DNA of 64,000 nt, taken from a virus. Taxonomy: Duplodnaviria; Caudoviricetes. This document shows, in pieces, positions 18,653-27,112 of the stretch. The stretch is taken from positions 154,388 to 218,387 of IMG/VR virus record IMGVR_UViG_3300017766_003100; one strand, written 5' to 3'. Below the pieces are notes generated by a model that saw nothing but the letters and a program-made list of their open reading frames with translations, was not told the DNA's origin and made no database searches. Within the stretch, counting starts at the first letter, position 1. Each line of letters starts with the position of its first letter. A program made the position numbers and the translations under genes.

Positions 18653-18888
18653 TGAAAACCTACATTCACGTTAATCAACATCACATCCGTTCCAATAAAA
18701 CAAAAGGAACGGATTTACCTGTTATAACAATCAAACAAGGTAAAAAGAACACCTATTGTAATGAGGTTGAAATATTGGGACCCAGTAAGATTATATATGG
18801 TGGTGAGGGTTGTGATGCAAAACCAATCTTATCTTGTGGTGCAAGGGTGGTTATTGTAACTGAATCGGAGATTAATATTATTAAATGA
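18652..18888 (+). CDS. conserved-looking phage hypothetical protein
   Basis: KTYIHVNQH.IRSN...PVITIK...LSCGARV pattern. Confidence 0.75.
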   Translation: MKTYIHVNQHHIRSNKTKGTDLPVITIKQGKKNTYCNEVEILGPSKIIYGGEGCDAKPILSCGARVVIVTESEINIIK

Positions 18889-18890
18889 GA

Positions 18891-18920
18891 TTTGACAATC
18901 CAAGGTTGATTTTCTATATT
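18891..18920 (+). promoter_or_regulatory. sigma70-like promoter
   Basis: TTGACA-N17-TATATT. Confidence 0.65.
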
Positions 18921-18953
18921 ATCTTAAATTAACAATTTAAAATTTACAAGACA

Positions 18954-19214
18954 ATGATAGTTTATGAATACACAATGAAGGGTAATGATAAACCCATCCA
19001 TTATTTAACTCCATTTGAAAATATGGCCGAAACTGATTGTGATGATTGGATAATAATATGGGAAGCTGAAGTTGCCCCTATTGAATTCCAAAATGATGAA
19101 TCAGAGGAAAAAACAAAAGAATGTAAAGATGCTGGATATTCTTATTGTCAAGGTATTGGGTGGGTTAAACTTATTAATCAAATAAACAAAATTAATTTAA
19201 AGAAGGGACTATGA
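18954..19214 (+). CDS. hypothetical protein
   Basis: Follows promoter at 18891-18920. Confidence 0.6.
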   Translation: MIVYEYTMKGNDKPIHYLTPFENMAETDCDDWIIIWEAEVAPIEFQNDESEEKTKECKDAGYSYCQGIGWVKLINQINKINLKKGL

Positions 19215-19429
19215 TGACACTTTTAAAATTCACAATTAATAATGAACCGATTTATATAAATCCAGGAATGATATTATCATTAAGTCCAAGAGAAAATGGA
19301 ACTGAAATAACAACGATGAATCCTAATGAATTCTATCACGTTGACCAAAATATTGAAACAATAATTCAACATTTAAAAGCATATTCAATAACTAAACAAA
19401 TAATTAATATTACAGATGGGAAAGGCTAA
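19211..19429 (+). CDS. small hypothetical protein (FlbD-like pattern, weak)
   Basis: PIYINP.MI.SL...GTEITT...YHVDQ. Confidence 0.55.
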   Translation: MMTLLKFTINNEPIYINPGMILSLSPRENGTEITTMNPNEFYHVDQNIETIIQHLKAYSITKQIINITDGKG

Positions 19430-19676
19430 AAAAGAACACAGAAAAAAAGTTGCAAAAAGAAATGAAAAAATTGCTGCAGAAAAGAAAAAATTCCAAAAAC
19501 AATACACACAATTGTTGGAACAAAAATTGAAAGAATATCAAGCAAAATTAACTGAAAACGAACAATTAGAAAACGAGTTGAAAGTTACTCTAGGTGGACA
19601 AGAACTTGGATTTTCAGTTGTTGACCCAAGTGAATTGGAAAACAATACTGAACCTGAATCACAAAATGAAAATTGA
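19416..19676 (+). CDS. basic N-terminal coiled-coil protein
   Basis: MGKAKKEHRKKVAKRNEK... Confidence 0.7.
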   Translation: MGKAKKEHRKKVAKRNEKIAAEKKKFQKQYTQLLEQKLKEYQAKLTENEQLENELKVTLGGQELGFSVVDPSELENNTEPESQNEN

Positions 19677-19839
19677 ATTTGATAATTGTCCAAAATGTGG
19701 GTCTGAAATAAAACGAGAGGACAATTCTCTTCACGTATGGGAAATGGAGTATCAATGTGGACTTACAATGGTGGGCGCTATTGATACTCAAACCCACGGA
19801 GATGAAATTGAAATAATTTCTGAGTGTTCTAAAAATTAA
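19666..19839 (+). CDS. small Zn-ribbon-like protein (start revised)
   Basis: CPKC...YQCG...C. Confidence 0.6.
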   Translation: MKIEFDNCPKCGSEIKREDNSLHVWEMEYQCGLTMVGAIDTQTHGDEIEIISECSKN

Positions 19840-19844
19840 AACAA

Positions 19845-20108
19845 ATGGTAAATAGAAAACTGAACGGCTTTTTTGTCTATGTGTTGTTAGCAGTAGTGTT
19901 TTCTTCTTGTGATGTAGAAACTAAATTCCCTAATACCCAATCAAAATTTGTAGTAAAAAGAATTCAAACTAACAAAACAAAAGGAACTAATCTTTACTTA
20001 GTCGAGCCTATTGATAAAATGGATTTGAATATGAAAGGAACTTGGTTTGTGGATAGTGTTGGCAGGTTCAATCCAGGTGATACATTGTCTTTTCAACATT
20101 ACCGCTAA
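19845..20108 (+). CDS. small lipoprotein
   Basis: Hydrophobic leader with VFSSC lipobox. Confidence 0.6.
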   Translation: MVNRKLNGFFVYVLLAVVFSSCDVETKFPNTQSKFVVKRIQTNKTKGTNLYLVEPIDKMDLNMKGTWFVDSVGRFNPGDTLSFQHYR

Positions 20109-20154
20109 CAAAAATATATACAACTCACCCCCAAAATCAATTAAAAGATTCACA

Positions 20155-22524
20155 ATGGATTTATTCAATCCACCAATAGAATACAATTACAATTATATGA
20201 TTAAAGATATAGATTTTACCAAGTTTGATAATCCATACATCCAGGTAATATGGGAAGATTATGCTGAAAACTTTACACAAGAAAAAATAAAGAGCATCAA
20301 ACATTACTTCCAAAAAAAATACAATTCAACCAATGTTAATGTAATTACCAAAACAAAAATATCAGAAACAACCAATCACTCGGTTGATGTTTCCTTTAAT
20401 ATCTTGGATAAAAATTATCAATATGAATTGGTAAAATCATATCTTGATTCCAAAAATCAAAATCAATTATCTGATGAAATCTTTAATCTAGATAGAATTG
20501 TTGATAATAGATTATTGACAGATGAAGATATTACCCCATTCAAAAAATGGTATATCAAAAATATTGAATTCTCCAATTTCTTATCTTATGGACAAAATCA
20601 AAAAATAGATTTTGAAAAATGTAATGGAATATCGGTTGTTGAATCTGACCCACCAAATTTTGGTGGAAAGACAGTTTTAACCGTTGACCTATTGTTATTC
20701 CTATTCTTCAATGAAACCACCAAGACAACAAAAGCTGAAGAAATCTTTAATAGATTCTCAACTCAAGATAAAGTCCACGTAAAAGGTGAAATTATCATTG
20801 ATGGGGATGAATATGTAATCATTAGAAACATTGAAAGAAAGAAGAAGAAAGATGATACTTGGAATGTAAAAACCGAATTGGATTTTTATAAGAAATTATC
20901 CGATGGGTCATTACAAAACTTCACTGGTGAACAAAGGAGGGAAACAGAGAATTTCATCAAAACATCAATTGGGACAAAAGATGATTTCTTGATGACAATC
21001 TTAACAACAGCAACAAATCTTGAAGATTTGATTGACTCCAAACCAACAGCAAGAGGTCAAGTATTATCAAAATTTATGGGGTTAGACTTTCTCAAAAAGA
21101 AAGAAGAACTTGCAAAAGAAATATATTCTGACTTCTCAAAATCAATGTTGTCAAATGTATATTCTAGTGATAAATTGAAATCAGATAATGATGGTTATAA
21201 TTCAAGAATACAAGAATTAACCACAGATAATATAACCCAACAAAACAATCTTATTGATGTTCAAAACAGAATAATCAAAGGACAAGAATATAGAGATGGA
21301 TTATTAAAATCCAAACACACGGATATTGATGTTGAAATCTCCAATATTGTTCCTGAACGTATTGAAAGTGAAATTATGGGAATAAAAACCCAAAAACAAA
21401 GTGTTGAAAGACAATTAAAAGAACTCAAGGTAGTTGAACCTACAGAGTTTTACTCGGAACAAGAACACGACTGGATAAAAGATGAACACAAACTATACTA
21501 CAAAAAGATTGTTCAAGTTGAACAAACAATCAATTCGATTGAAGAACTAAAGTCTTCAGTTGATGGGGGAATTAAATGTGAACATTGTGGAATTGAATTA
21601 ATAACCGCATCAATAACTCAAAACAAGATAGCAGAACTTGACTATTATAATATTCAAAAAGTCGAATTTGAGGGGTTAATGTCTAATATAATAGACAGAG
21701 AAGCTAAGTATGTTCTATTGAAAAAAGAATTTGATGAGTATGAGAAAAACAAACTTATCAAAGAAAAATATGAACTTACAATTGAGGGTTATGAGATGAA
21801 AATCAAAGGGTTGGAAGATAAGTTGGAAAAATTCAATTTGTTACAGGATAAAATATCCACCAATAACAAAATTGAAACCCAACTTATCAAAGCCAATCTG
21901 AGAATTGATGAATTGGATAGAGAAAAAGTATCTGTACAAAGAATCATTGATTCTAACAATTATCAAATTGAAAGTTTAAAAGATAAGATTAAAGATAATC
22001 TTCAAAAGATTGAAAAAATAAAGGAAGAATCTGAAAAGGAAAAAATATATAAGTTATATTTGGAAATATTTGGAAAGAATGGAATATCAAAGACAATAAT
22101 GAAAACAATGATTCCAATGTTGAATTCTGAGTTACAGAGGTTATTGGAAGATAGTTGTCATTTTAGATTGGAGATTAATATTAATGATAAGAATGAGGTT
22201 GAATTTTTAATGATTGATAATAATACCCAGGTTGAGAAACTTATGTCATCAGGGTCGGGTTATGAAAGAACTATTGCTTCATTAGCATTGAGAGCGGTGT
22301 TAAGTAAGATTAGTTCACTACCAAAACCCAACTTAGTGGTTTTTGATGAAATCTTTGGTAAAATCTCAAATGATAACTTGGATATGGTTGGAGAATTTTT
22401 TACTAAAATAAAGAACTATTTTGAGAAGATATTCGTTATTACCCATAATCCTTTAGTTAGTAATTGGGCGGATAATATTGTTAAAATCACGAAAGAGAAT
22501 AACATCAGTAGTGTAAAACAATAA
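20155..22524 (+). CDS. sbcC: SbcC/Rad50/gp46-like SMC ATPase with N-terminal extension (start revised)
   Basis: FSNFLSYG, Walker A FGGKT, CEHC zinc hook, SGSGYE signature, VVFDE Walker B, VITH. Confidence 0.93.
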   Translation: MDLFNPPIEYNYNYMIKDIDFTKFDNPYIQVIWEDYAENFTQEKIKSIKHYFQKKYNSTNVNVITKTKISETTNHSVDVSFNILDKNYQYELVKSYLDSKNQNQLSDEIFNLDRIVDNRLLTDEDITPFKKWYIKNIEFSNFLSYGQNQKIDFEKCNGISVVESDPPNFGGKTVLTVDLLLFLFFNETTKTTKAEEIFNRFSTQDKVHVKGEIIIDGDEYVIIRNIERKKKKDDTWNVKTELDFYKKLSDGSLQNFTGEQRRETENFIKTSIGTKDDFLMTILTTATNLEDLIDSKPTARGQVLSKFMGLDFLKKKEELAKEIYSDFSKSMLSNVYSSDKLKSDNDGYNSRIQELTTDNITQQNNLIDVQNRIIKGQEYRDGLLKSKHTDIDVEISNIVPERIESEIMGIKTQKQSVERQLKELKVVEPTEFYSEQEHDWIKDEHKLYYKKIVQVEQTINSIEELKSSVDGGIKCEHCGIELITASITQNKIAELDYYNIQKVEFEGLMSNIIDREAKYVLLKKEFDEYEKNKLIKEKYELTIEGYEMKIKGLEDKLEKFNLLQDKISTNNKIETQLIKANLRIDELDREKVSVQRIIDSNNYQIESLKDKIKDNLQKIEKIKEESEKEKIYKLYLEIFGKNGISKTIMKTMIPMLNSELQRLLEDSCHFRLEININDKNEVEFLMIDNNTQVEKLMSSGSGYERTIASLALRAVLSKISSLPKPNLVVFDEIFGKISNDNLDMVGEFFTKIKNYFEKIFVITHNPLVSNWADNIVKITKENNISSVKQ

Positions 22525-22531
22525 AATGATT

Positions 22532-22562
22532 AAGCCCACCAAAAAAAAGGTGGGTTTTTTTG
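22532..22562 (+). terminator. intrinsic terminator after sbcC
   Basis: AAGCCCACC-A8-GGTGGGTTT followed by T-tract. Confidence 0.85.
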
Positions 22563-22589
22563 TTAGAATCAAAATTTGACTTATCTTTG
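22559..22589 (+). promoter_or_regulatory. Bacteroidota housekeeping-type promoter
   Basis: TTTG-N19-TATCTTTG. Confidence 0.75.
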
Positions 22590-22613
22590 TCTTCACAAAA
22601 AAAATAATAAAAT

Positions 22614-23153
22614 ATGAAGTACTTACTCAACGTTTTTATTCAACACGACAAACAAGAAATGTTCACACATAGTCTTGCAACTGAAATTAGAGATTCAATA
22701 CCTGTGGGTAACTCAATCAAATATTTTTATGGTGAACAAACAATTTTGATTACCTTTGAAACCAAGTTAGGATTTGATAAGGTTAAAAATTTATTTGACG
22801 CAATCTTGGCTGATTTATCCATAACTTTTATCCTCACCCCAATAAAACCTGACAAAATGTCATATTGGTTTCCAAAAGAGTATGAACAACATCTATTTGG
22901 TACGGATTTGTGTAAGACAAATGATGAGTACACAGAGGAAGAACAAAAAATGGTTCAAGATGCAATGTATATGAGTATGGATGAACCCATTGATGAATTA
23001 AAAATGGAAAGAATATCAATTGACATTAAGAAAAAATTATTCGGTGAACCAAAAATACCAACTTTGGATGAACTTTTGGATAAGATTAATGTTAGTGGTA
23101 TGAGTTCACTTACAGCTGATGAAAAAAATTTGTTAACACAATATTCAAAATAA
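22614..23153 (+). CDS. hypothetical protein with DUF6576-like C-terminal helical motif
   Basis: LDELLDKINVSGMSSLT.DEK.LL. Confidence 0.7.
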   Translation: MKYLLNVFIQHDKQEMFTHSLATEIRDSIPVGNSIKYFYGEQTILITFETKLGFDKVKNLFDAILADLSITFILTPIKPDKMSYWFPKEYEQHLFGTDLCKTNDEYTEEEQKMVQDAMYMSMDEPIDELKMERISIDIKKKLFGEPKIPTLDELLDKINVSGMSSLTADEKNLLTQYSK

Positions 23154-23154
23154 A

Positions 23155-23955
23155 ATGAAAGAAAAAAATTCAGGTATTCCAATCAATCAAGAAGAAATCC
23201 AATCTTATCTTAAAGACATAAGAAAGAAAAAGGTAATGACCCCAGAGAGGGAGAAACAACTATCAGAACTAATGAAGTCTGACACCTTGACTCTTGAAGA
23301 AAGGGAAAAAGTAAACAAAGAACTATTGGAGGGTAATCTACGATTTGTAATTACCGTGGCCAAACAATACCAAAATCAAGGATTGGATTTACCTGACCTT
23401 ATCGCTGAAGGTAATCTTGGTCTTATGAAAGCCATCAAAAACTTTGATTGGAACAAAGACCTACGTTTTATATCTTATGCGGTATGGTGGGTTAAACAAT
23501 CAATCCTTCAAAGTTTGAATGATAATGCAAGAACAATTCGACTCCCAGTTAATGTTGTTCAAGATTTACATAGGGCTAAAAAAGAAGTTGATAAAAGAGG
23601 GGGTGAACTAGATGAAAGATTTGTTGGTTTACCATCAATGATTGACCTTGATATGGACATCAATGAAGAAGGTGACACACTATTCGATGTGTTGAAGAAT
23701 GATGATGCGGATATGCCTGATGAATCATTTAATACGAAAGATATCCTTAAAACCAAATTACTTGGATTGTTGACTTGTTTGGATGAACGCGAGAAAACCA
23801 TTATTGAAGATTATTTTGGTCTTACAGGTTCACCAAGAACATTGGAAGATATTGGTGGGGACTTTAATCTTACGAAAGAAAGAGTACGTCAAATAAAAGA
23901 AAAATCATTGAGAAAGTTGAGAAACTTATCTAGTGATTTATTTGAATGGATGTAA
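23155..23955 (+). CDS. rpoD: sigma-70 family RNA polymerase sigma factor (short RpoD/SigA type)
   Basis: YLKDI (1.2); NLRFVITVAKQYQNQGL...DLIAEGNLGL and RFISYAVWW (2); RTIRLP (3); TLEDIG..FNLTKERVRQIKEK (4.2). Confidence 0.95.
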   Translation: MKEKNSGIPINQEEIQSYLKDIRKKKVMTPEREKQLSELMKSDTLTLEEREKVNKELLEGNLRFVITVAKQYQNQGLDLPDLIAEGNLGLMKAIKNFDWNKDLRFISYAVWWVKQSILQSLNDNARTIRLPVNVVQDLHRAKKEVDKRGGELDERFVGLPSMIDLDMDINEEGDTLFDVLKNDDADMPDESFNTKDILKTKLLGLLTCLDEREKTIIEDYFGLTGSPRTLEDIGGDFNLTKERVRQIKEKSLRKLRNLSSDLFEWM

Positions 23956-23989
23956 TGTTCACGGAACGTTAACAATAAAAAAATAAACA

Positions 23990-23997
23990 ATATTTAT
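23990..23997 (+). promoter_or_regulatory. putative late promoter
   Basis: ATATTTAT upstream of 24011. Confidence 0.65.
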
Positions 23998-24010
23998 TAA
24001 ATAAAAAAAT

Positions 24011-24304
24011 ATGAAAAAAGTAATAGATTTTATTGAAAAATATGGATTAATAATTTTGGTTGTCTTAATCGTAACCAGCACTTGTTCTAGTAATATGAGT
24101 AAACGAAGAAGTGAGAAAAAAATAAGTGACCAATTTGATAGTTTGAAAACTGAAATAAAAACTTTGAAGAATGAGTTGAAAAAAGAAATCAAAGTTGAAG
24201 GATTGAAAGCTGAAAAAAGAATGATTCAAGCGAGTGATAGAAAGATTATGGACTTGCAAAGACAAATTGAAATTGATAAAGAACTGAAGACACTAGATAA
24301 ATGA
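24011..24304 (+). CDS. membrane-anchored coiled-coil protein (spanin-like candidate)
   Basis: Single N-terminal TM segment followed by coiled coil; late-type motif at 23990. Confidence 0.55.
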   Translation: MKKVIDFIEKYGLIILVVLIVTSTCSSNMSKRRSEKKISDQFDSLKTEIKTLKNELKKEIKVEGLKAEKRMIQASDRKIMDLQRQIEIDKELKTLDK

Positions 24305-25134
24305 ATAACCTATTAACCTGGATTAAAGAAAACCCCATTCGTTCAATGTTTCTTGTACCCATATTTTTGGTTGCGGGAATATCAATATCTCACGTTGTTG
24401 CGTGGTATGATATAACAAACCCATTCAGTTGGGCAATTTATCTATCAGTAGCAATTGAGATTGGTGCCATAACAGCACTGATTGCCGCCACACAGAAGAT
24501 TAAAGGTGGGGTGTGGTTTATGTTCGGATTGGTAACATTCGTTCAAATGGTGGGAAATATATTCTATTCATATAAAGAGATTGACCCAACTGGAGATTTG
24601 TTTAAAGCGTGGGTTGAACTTACATCTCCAATCTTTGAATTGTTTGGAACAGAACCAACGGATATAATATCACATAAAAGATGGTTGGCAATATTGGGTG
24701 GAGGATTACTTCCAATTATATCTTTGACTTCATTACACTTCTTTGTAAAATATGAAAAACCACAAGAAGAGATTATTGAAAACGATAGAGATTTGGAAAT
24801 TGTTTCATTAATGGATTTGGAGACTTTAGAGAAAGAAGAACAAAAAGAAGTTGAAAAACCAAAAACTAAAAAAGGTAGAAAGAAAAAAGAAGTTGTTGAA
24901 GAACCTCAATTATTAAATGAAGAAAAAGAAGTTAAAATGATTGATGATTGGTTAGACCAATATGGTAACCCAGCAATTACTGAGAAAGTATTAAAAGAGT
25001 CGGAAAAAATTGAAAATGAAAAAGTTGAAGAAGAAATAGTCCCAATACCTCTTGAACCAAAAATAGAACAACCACCTATACGTCCATCAAAATTGACATA
25101 CACCAAACCAAATGTTTCAATAGATAGATTATGA
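24301..25134 (+). CDS. multi-pass membrane protein with charged C-terminal tail
   Basis: About 4 hydrophobic helices, then an E/K/P-rich tail. Confidence 0.7.
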   Translation: MNNLLTWIKENPIRSMFLVPIFLVAGISISHVVAWYDITNPFSWAIYLSVAIEIGAITALIAATQKIKGGVWFMFGLVTFVQMVGNIFYSYKEIDPTGDLFKAWVELTSPIFELFGTEPTDIISHKRWLAILGGGLLPIISLTSLHFFVKYEKPQEEIIENDRDLEIVSLMDLETLEKEEQKEVEKPKTKKGRKKKEVVEEPQLLNEEKEVKMIDDWLDQYGNPAITEKVLKESEKIENEKVEEEIVPIPLEPKIEQPPIRPSKLTYTKPNVSIDRL

Positions 25135-25727
25135 TTGACATAATCAAATATGGGGACTTTAAACCTTTGGGGAAACAAAAGAAGAAACACCAAATAATTC
25201 TCACACATACAGGAAGAAATGTGGAGAATTATTTGGCTTCTTTACGTTATAGGTACAATGGAAAATATGATAGAATTCCAAATTATGTAATTAAAAAAGA
25301 TGGAACAATAATTAAACTTCTTGAGAATATTGAACACACAAATTATTACAAAAAGATTAATGTAAATCGAAATGGTATTTTTATATGTTTGGAAAATTTA
25401 GGATGGCTTGAAAAACAACCATTAAAAGACTATTACATTAATTGGATAGGAGATATTTATAAGGGTGAGGTATTTGAGAGGAAATGGAGAGATTATTTCT
25501 TTTGGGATAAATACACTAACGAACAGATTGATAGTTTAACAATACTTTGTAAAACTATAATCAAGGAAAAAAGAATGAGTAAAGACATAATAGGTCATAA
25601 TACAAAGGTTAGAAATGTTGAATTGTTTGAAGGAATAGTAACTAGAAGTAATTTTGATTCAAACATAACTGATGTAAGTCCCGCCTTTGATTTTGAAAAA
25701 TTTAGAAAAAAAATAGAAAATGAGTAA
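25131..25727 (+). CDS. N-acetylmuramoyl-L-alanine amidase (Amidase_2-like)
   Basis: ILTHT, NYVIKKDGTI, GIFICLEN.G, YT.EQIDSL, IIGHN, TDVSPAF. Confidence 0.75.
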   Translation: MIDIIKYGDFKPLGKQKKKHQIILTHTGRNVENYLASLRYRYNGKYDRIPNYVIKKDGTIIKLLENIEHTNYYKKINVNRNGIFICLENLGWLEKQPLKDYYINWIGDIYKGEVFERKWRDYFFWDKYTNEQIDSLTILCKTIIKEKRMSKDIIGHNTKVRNVELFEGIVTRSNFDSNITDVSPAFDFEKFRKKIENE

Positions 25728-26331
25728 CAAACACGATGAAATAAAAAATTTAATAAAGGCATCAAGAAATATGTTGTCTAATAAAAATACAATTTCTGAA
25801 AACTTAGAAATTAAAAAACAATATAATATTATATCAGAACAAGGTGTTGTTCCAACATCAGGTAATATAACTAAAAAAATTAATGTTGGTCAAGCAATAG
25901 AAGATGAAATTGAAACTGATGAAGAAGGTACAAAAAAATCATCAAGAGATAAAAAACAATCTTTTAGAATATCTGGTGGTATTTTAGTTCTTCATGGTAA
26001 AAAACAATCCGAACTAGAATTAACTACTGATGAAAAAATTGCATTCCAAGAAACTATGAATGAATTTGTATCTGAGGTATCTGATTTAGCTGAGTTTAAT
26101 CAGTTGAATGTATATCCAAATACTGTTGAATGGTCAGGTAAAATTTTGGAATTCAATGTTGATTTTATTTTTATGATTGGTGAAGAAAATGGAATTTACA
26201 TGAAAGGTGATATGATAAATACTGATGATGATTTCTTAGAGTTTGTACAAAAGTTAAAATCCTATTATGAGAAATTCAAATCAAAATGGGCTAAAGTTTT
26301 AGGAAGTCGTAAATTAACAAAAGTATCTTAA
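25720..26331 (+). CDS. hypothetical, probable virion/internal protein
   Basis: In late-type operon; I-x-E sites near the N-terminus. Confidence 0.65.
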   Translation: MSNKHDEIKNLIKASRNMLSNKNTISENLEIKKQYNIISEQGVVPTSGNITKKINVGQAIEDEIETDEEGTKKSSRDKKQSFRISGGILVLHGKKQSELELTTDEKIAFQETMNEFVSEVSDLAEFNQLNVYPNTVEWSGKILEFNVDFIFMIGEENGIYMKGDMINTDDDFLEFVQKLKSYYEKFKSKWAKVLGSRKLTKVS

Positions 26332-26332
26332 T

Positions 26333-27088
26333 ATGAATTTAAACGTTGATTTAGCTAAAAAAATAAATAATATGATTGGTACTGAAATCGGCAATACTGC
26401 GGATTCGGGAGAATTTTTGAAATCAATGAATAATATTTCATCAAGTCTTGAACAAAAGGAAGAAACTATTATAAAGAAAAAAATAAAAAAATCAGACATC
26501 ATAAATCAATTATCTAATACTAAAACTAAAATGGATAAACCAATTGGTAAACTATTTTCAATGGGAAAGAAAGGTGAAACTAAGGAAGCAACTGGCGCTG
26601 GAAGTGCTGGTGGATTCGCGCCCTCTTTGTCAGGTGAAATGAAAGAGAAATGGTCTCAGAAATATAAAGATTCAATCAATTGTGATAACCCAAAAGGTTT
26701 CAGTCAGAGAGCTCATTGTGCTGGAAAGAAAAAGAAATTGAAAGAGGATGAAACATTGGAGAAAGAAAAAAGTGATAAAAAAGAATTCAAAGAGGCTACA
26801 GGTTCAGGTTCAGCTGGAGCTTATGTAACTCCTGCAGCTTGGGCTAAATCAACTAGTAAAAAAGATTGGAGAGGTAAGAGTAAAACTTTATTTCCTGGTG
26901 GAAAATTTGTCCAAGTAAAAAGTAAATGTAAAAAATTCCCATATTGTAATCAAGGTGATATAAAGGCACTTAAGTTAACAAATGAAGAATCTATGAATAA
27001 AATTGTCAAAGATTTAAGTAAAAAACATAACGTTAGCGAAGAAACAATTAAAGGTATTTTGAGAAAAGATTATTTCAAACACAAATAA
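26333..27088 (+). CDS. probable internal head protein with repeated motifs
   Basis: KEATGAGSAG and KEATGSGSAG repeats; WSQKYKDSINCDNPKGFSQRAHC module. Confidence 0.6.
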   Translation: MNLNVDLAKKINNMIGTEIGNTADSGEFLKSMNNISSSLEQKEETIIKKKIKKSDIINQLSNTKTKMDKPIGKLFSMGKKGETKEATGAGSAGGFAPSLSGEMKEKWSQKYKDSINCDNPKGFSQRAHCAGKKKKLKEDETLEKEKSDKKEFKEATGSGSAGAYVTPAAWAKSTSKKDWRGKSKTLFPGGKFVQVKSKCKKFPYCNQGDIKALKLTNEESMNKIVKDLSKKHNVSEETIKGILRKDYFKHK

Positions 27089-27090
27089 AG

Positions 27091-27098
27091 ATATTTAT
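27091..27098 (+). promoter_or_regulatory. putative late promoter
   Basis: ATATTTAT upstream of 27113. Confidence 0.65.
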
Positions 27099-27112
27099 AT
27101 TAAAAACTTAAA

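Noticed and set aside
23958-23978. Third copy of the shared box (ttcacg-N5-ttaacaataa)
   Set aside because: Only a partial match, and no -10 hexamer at the +54 offset.
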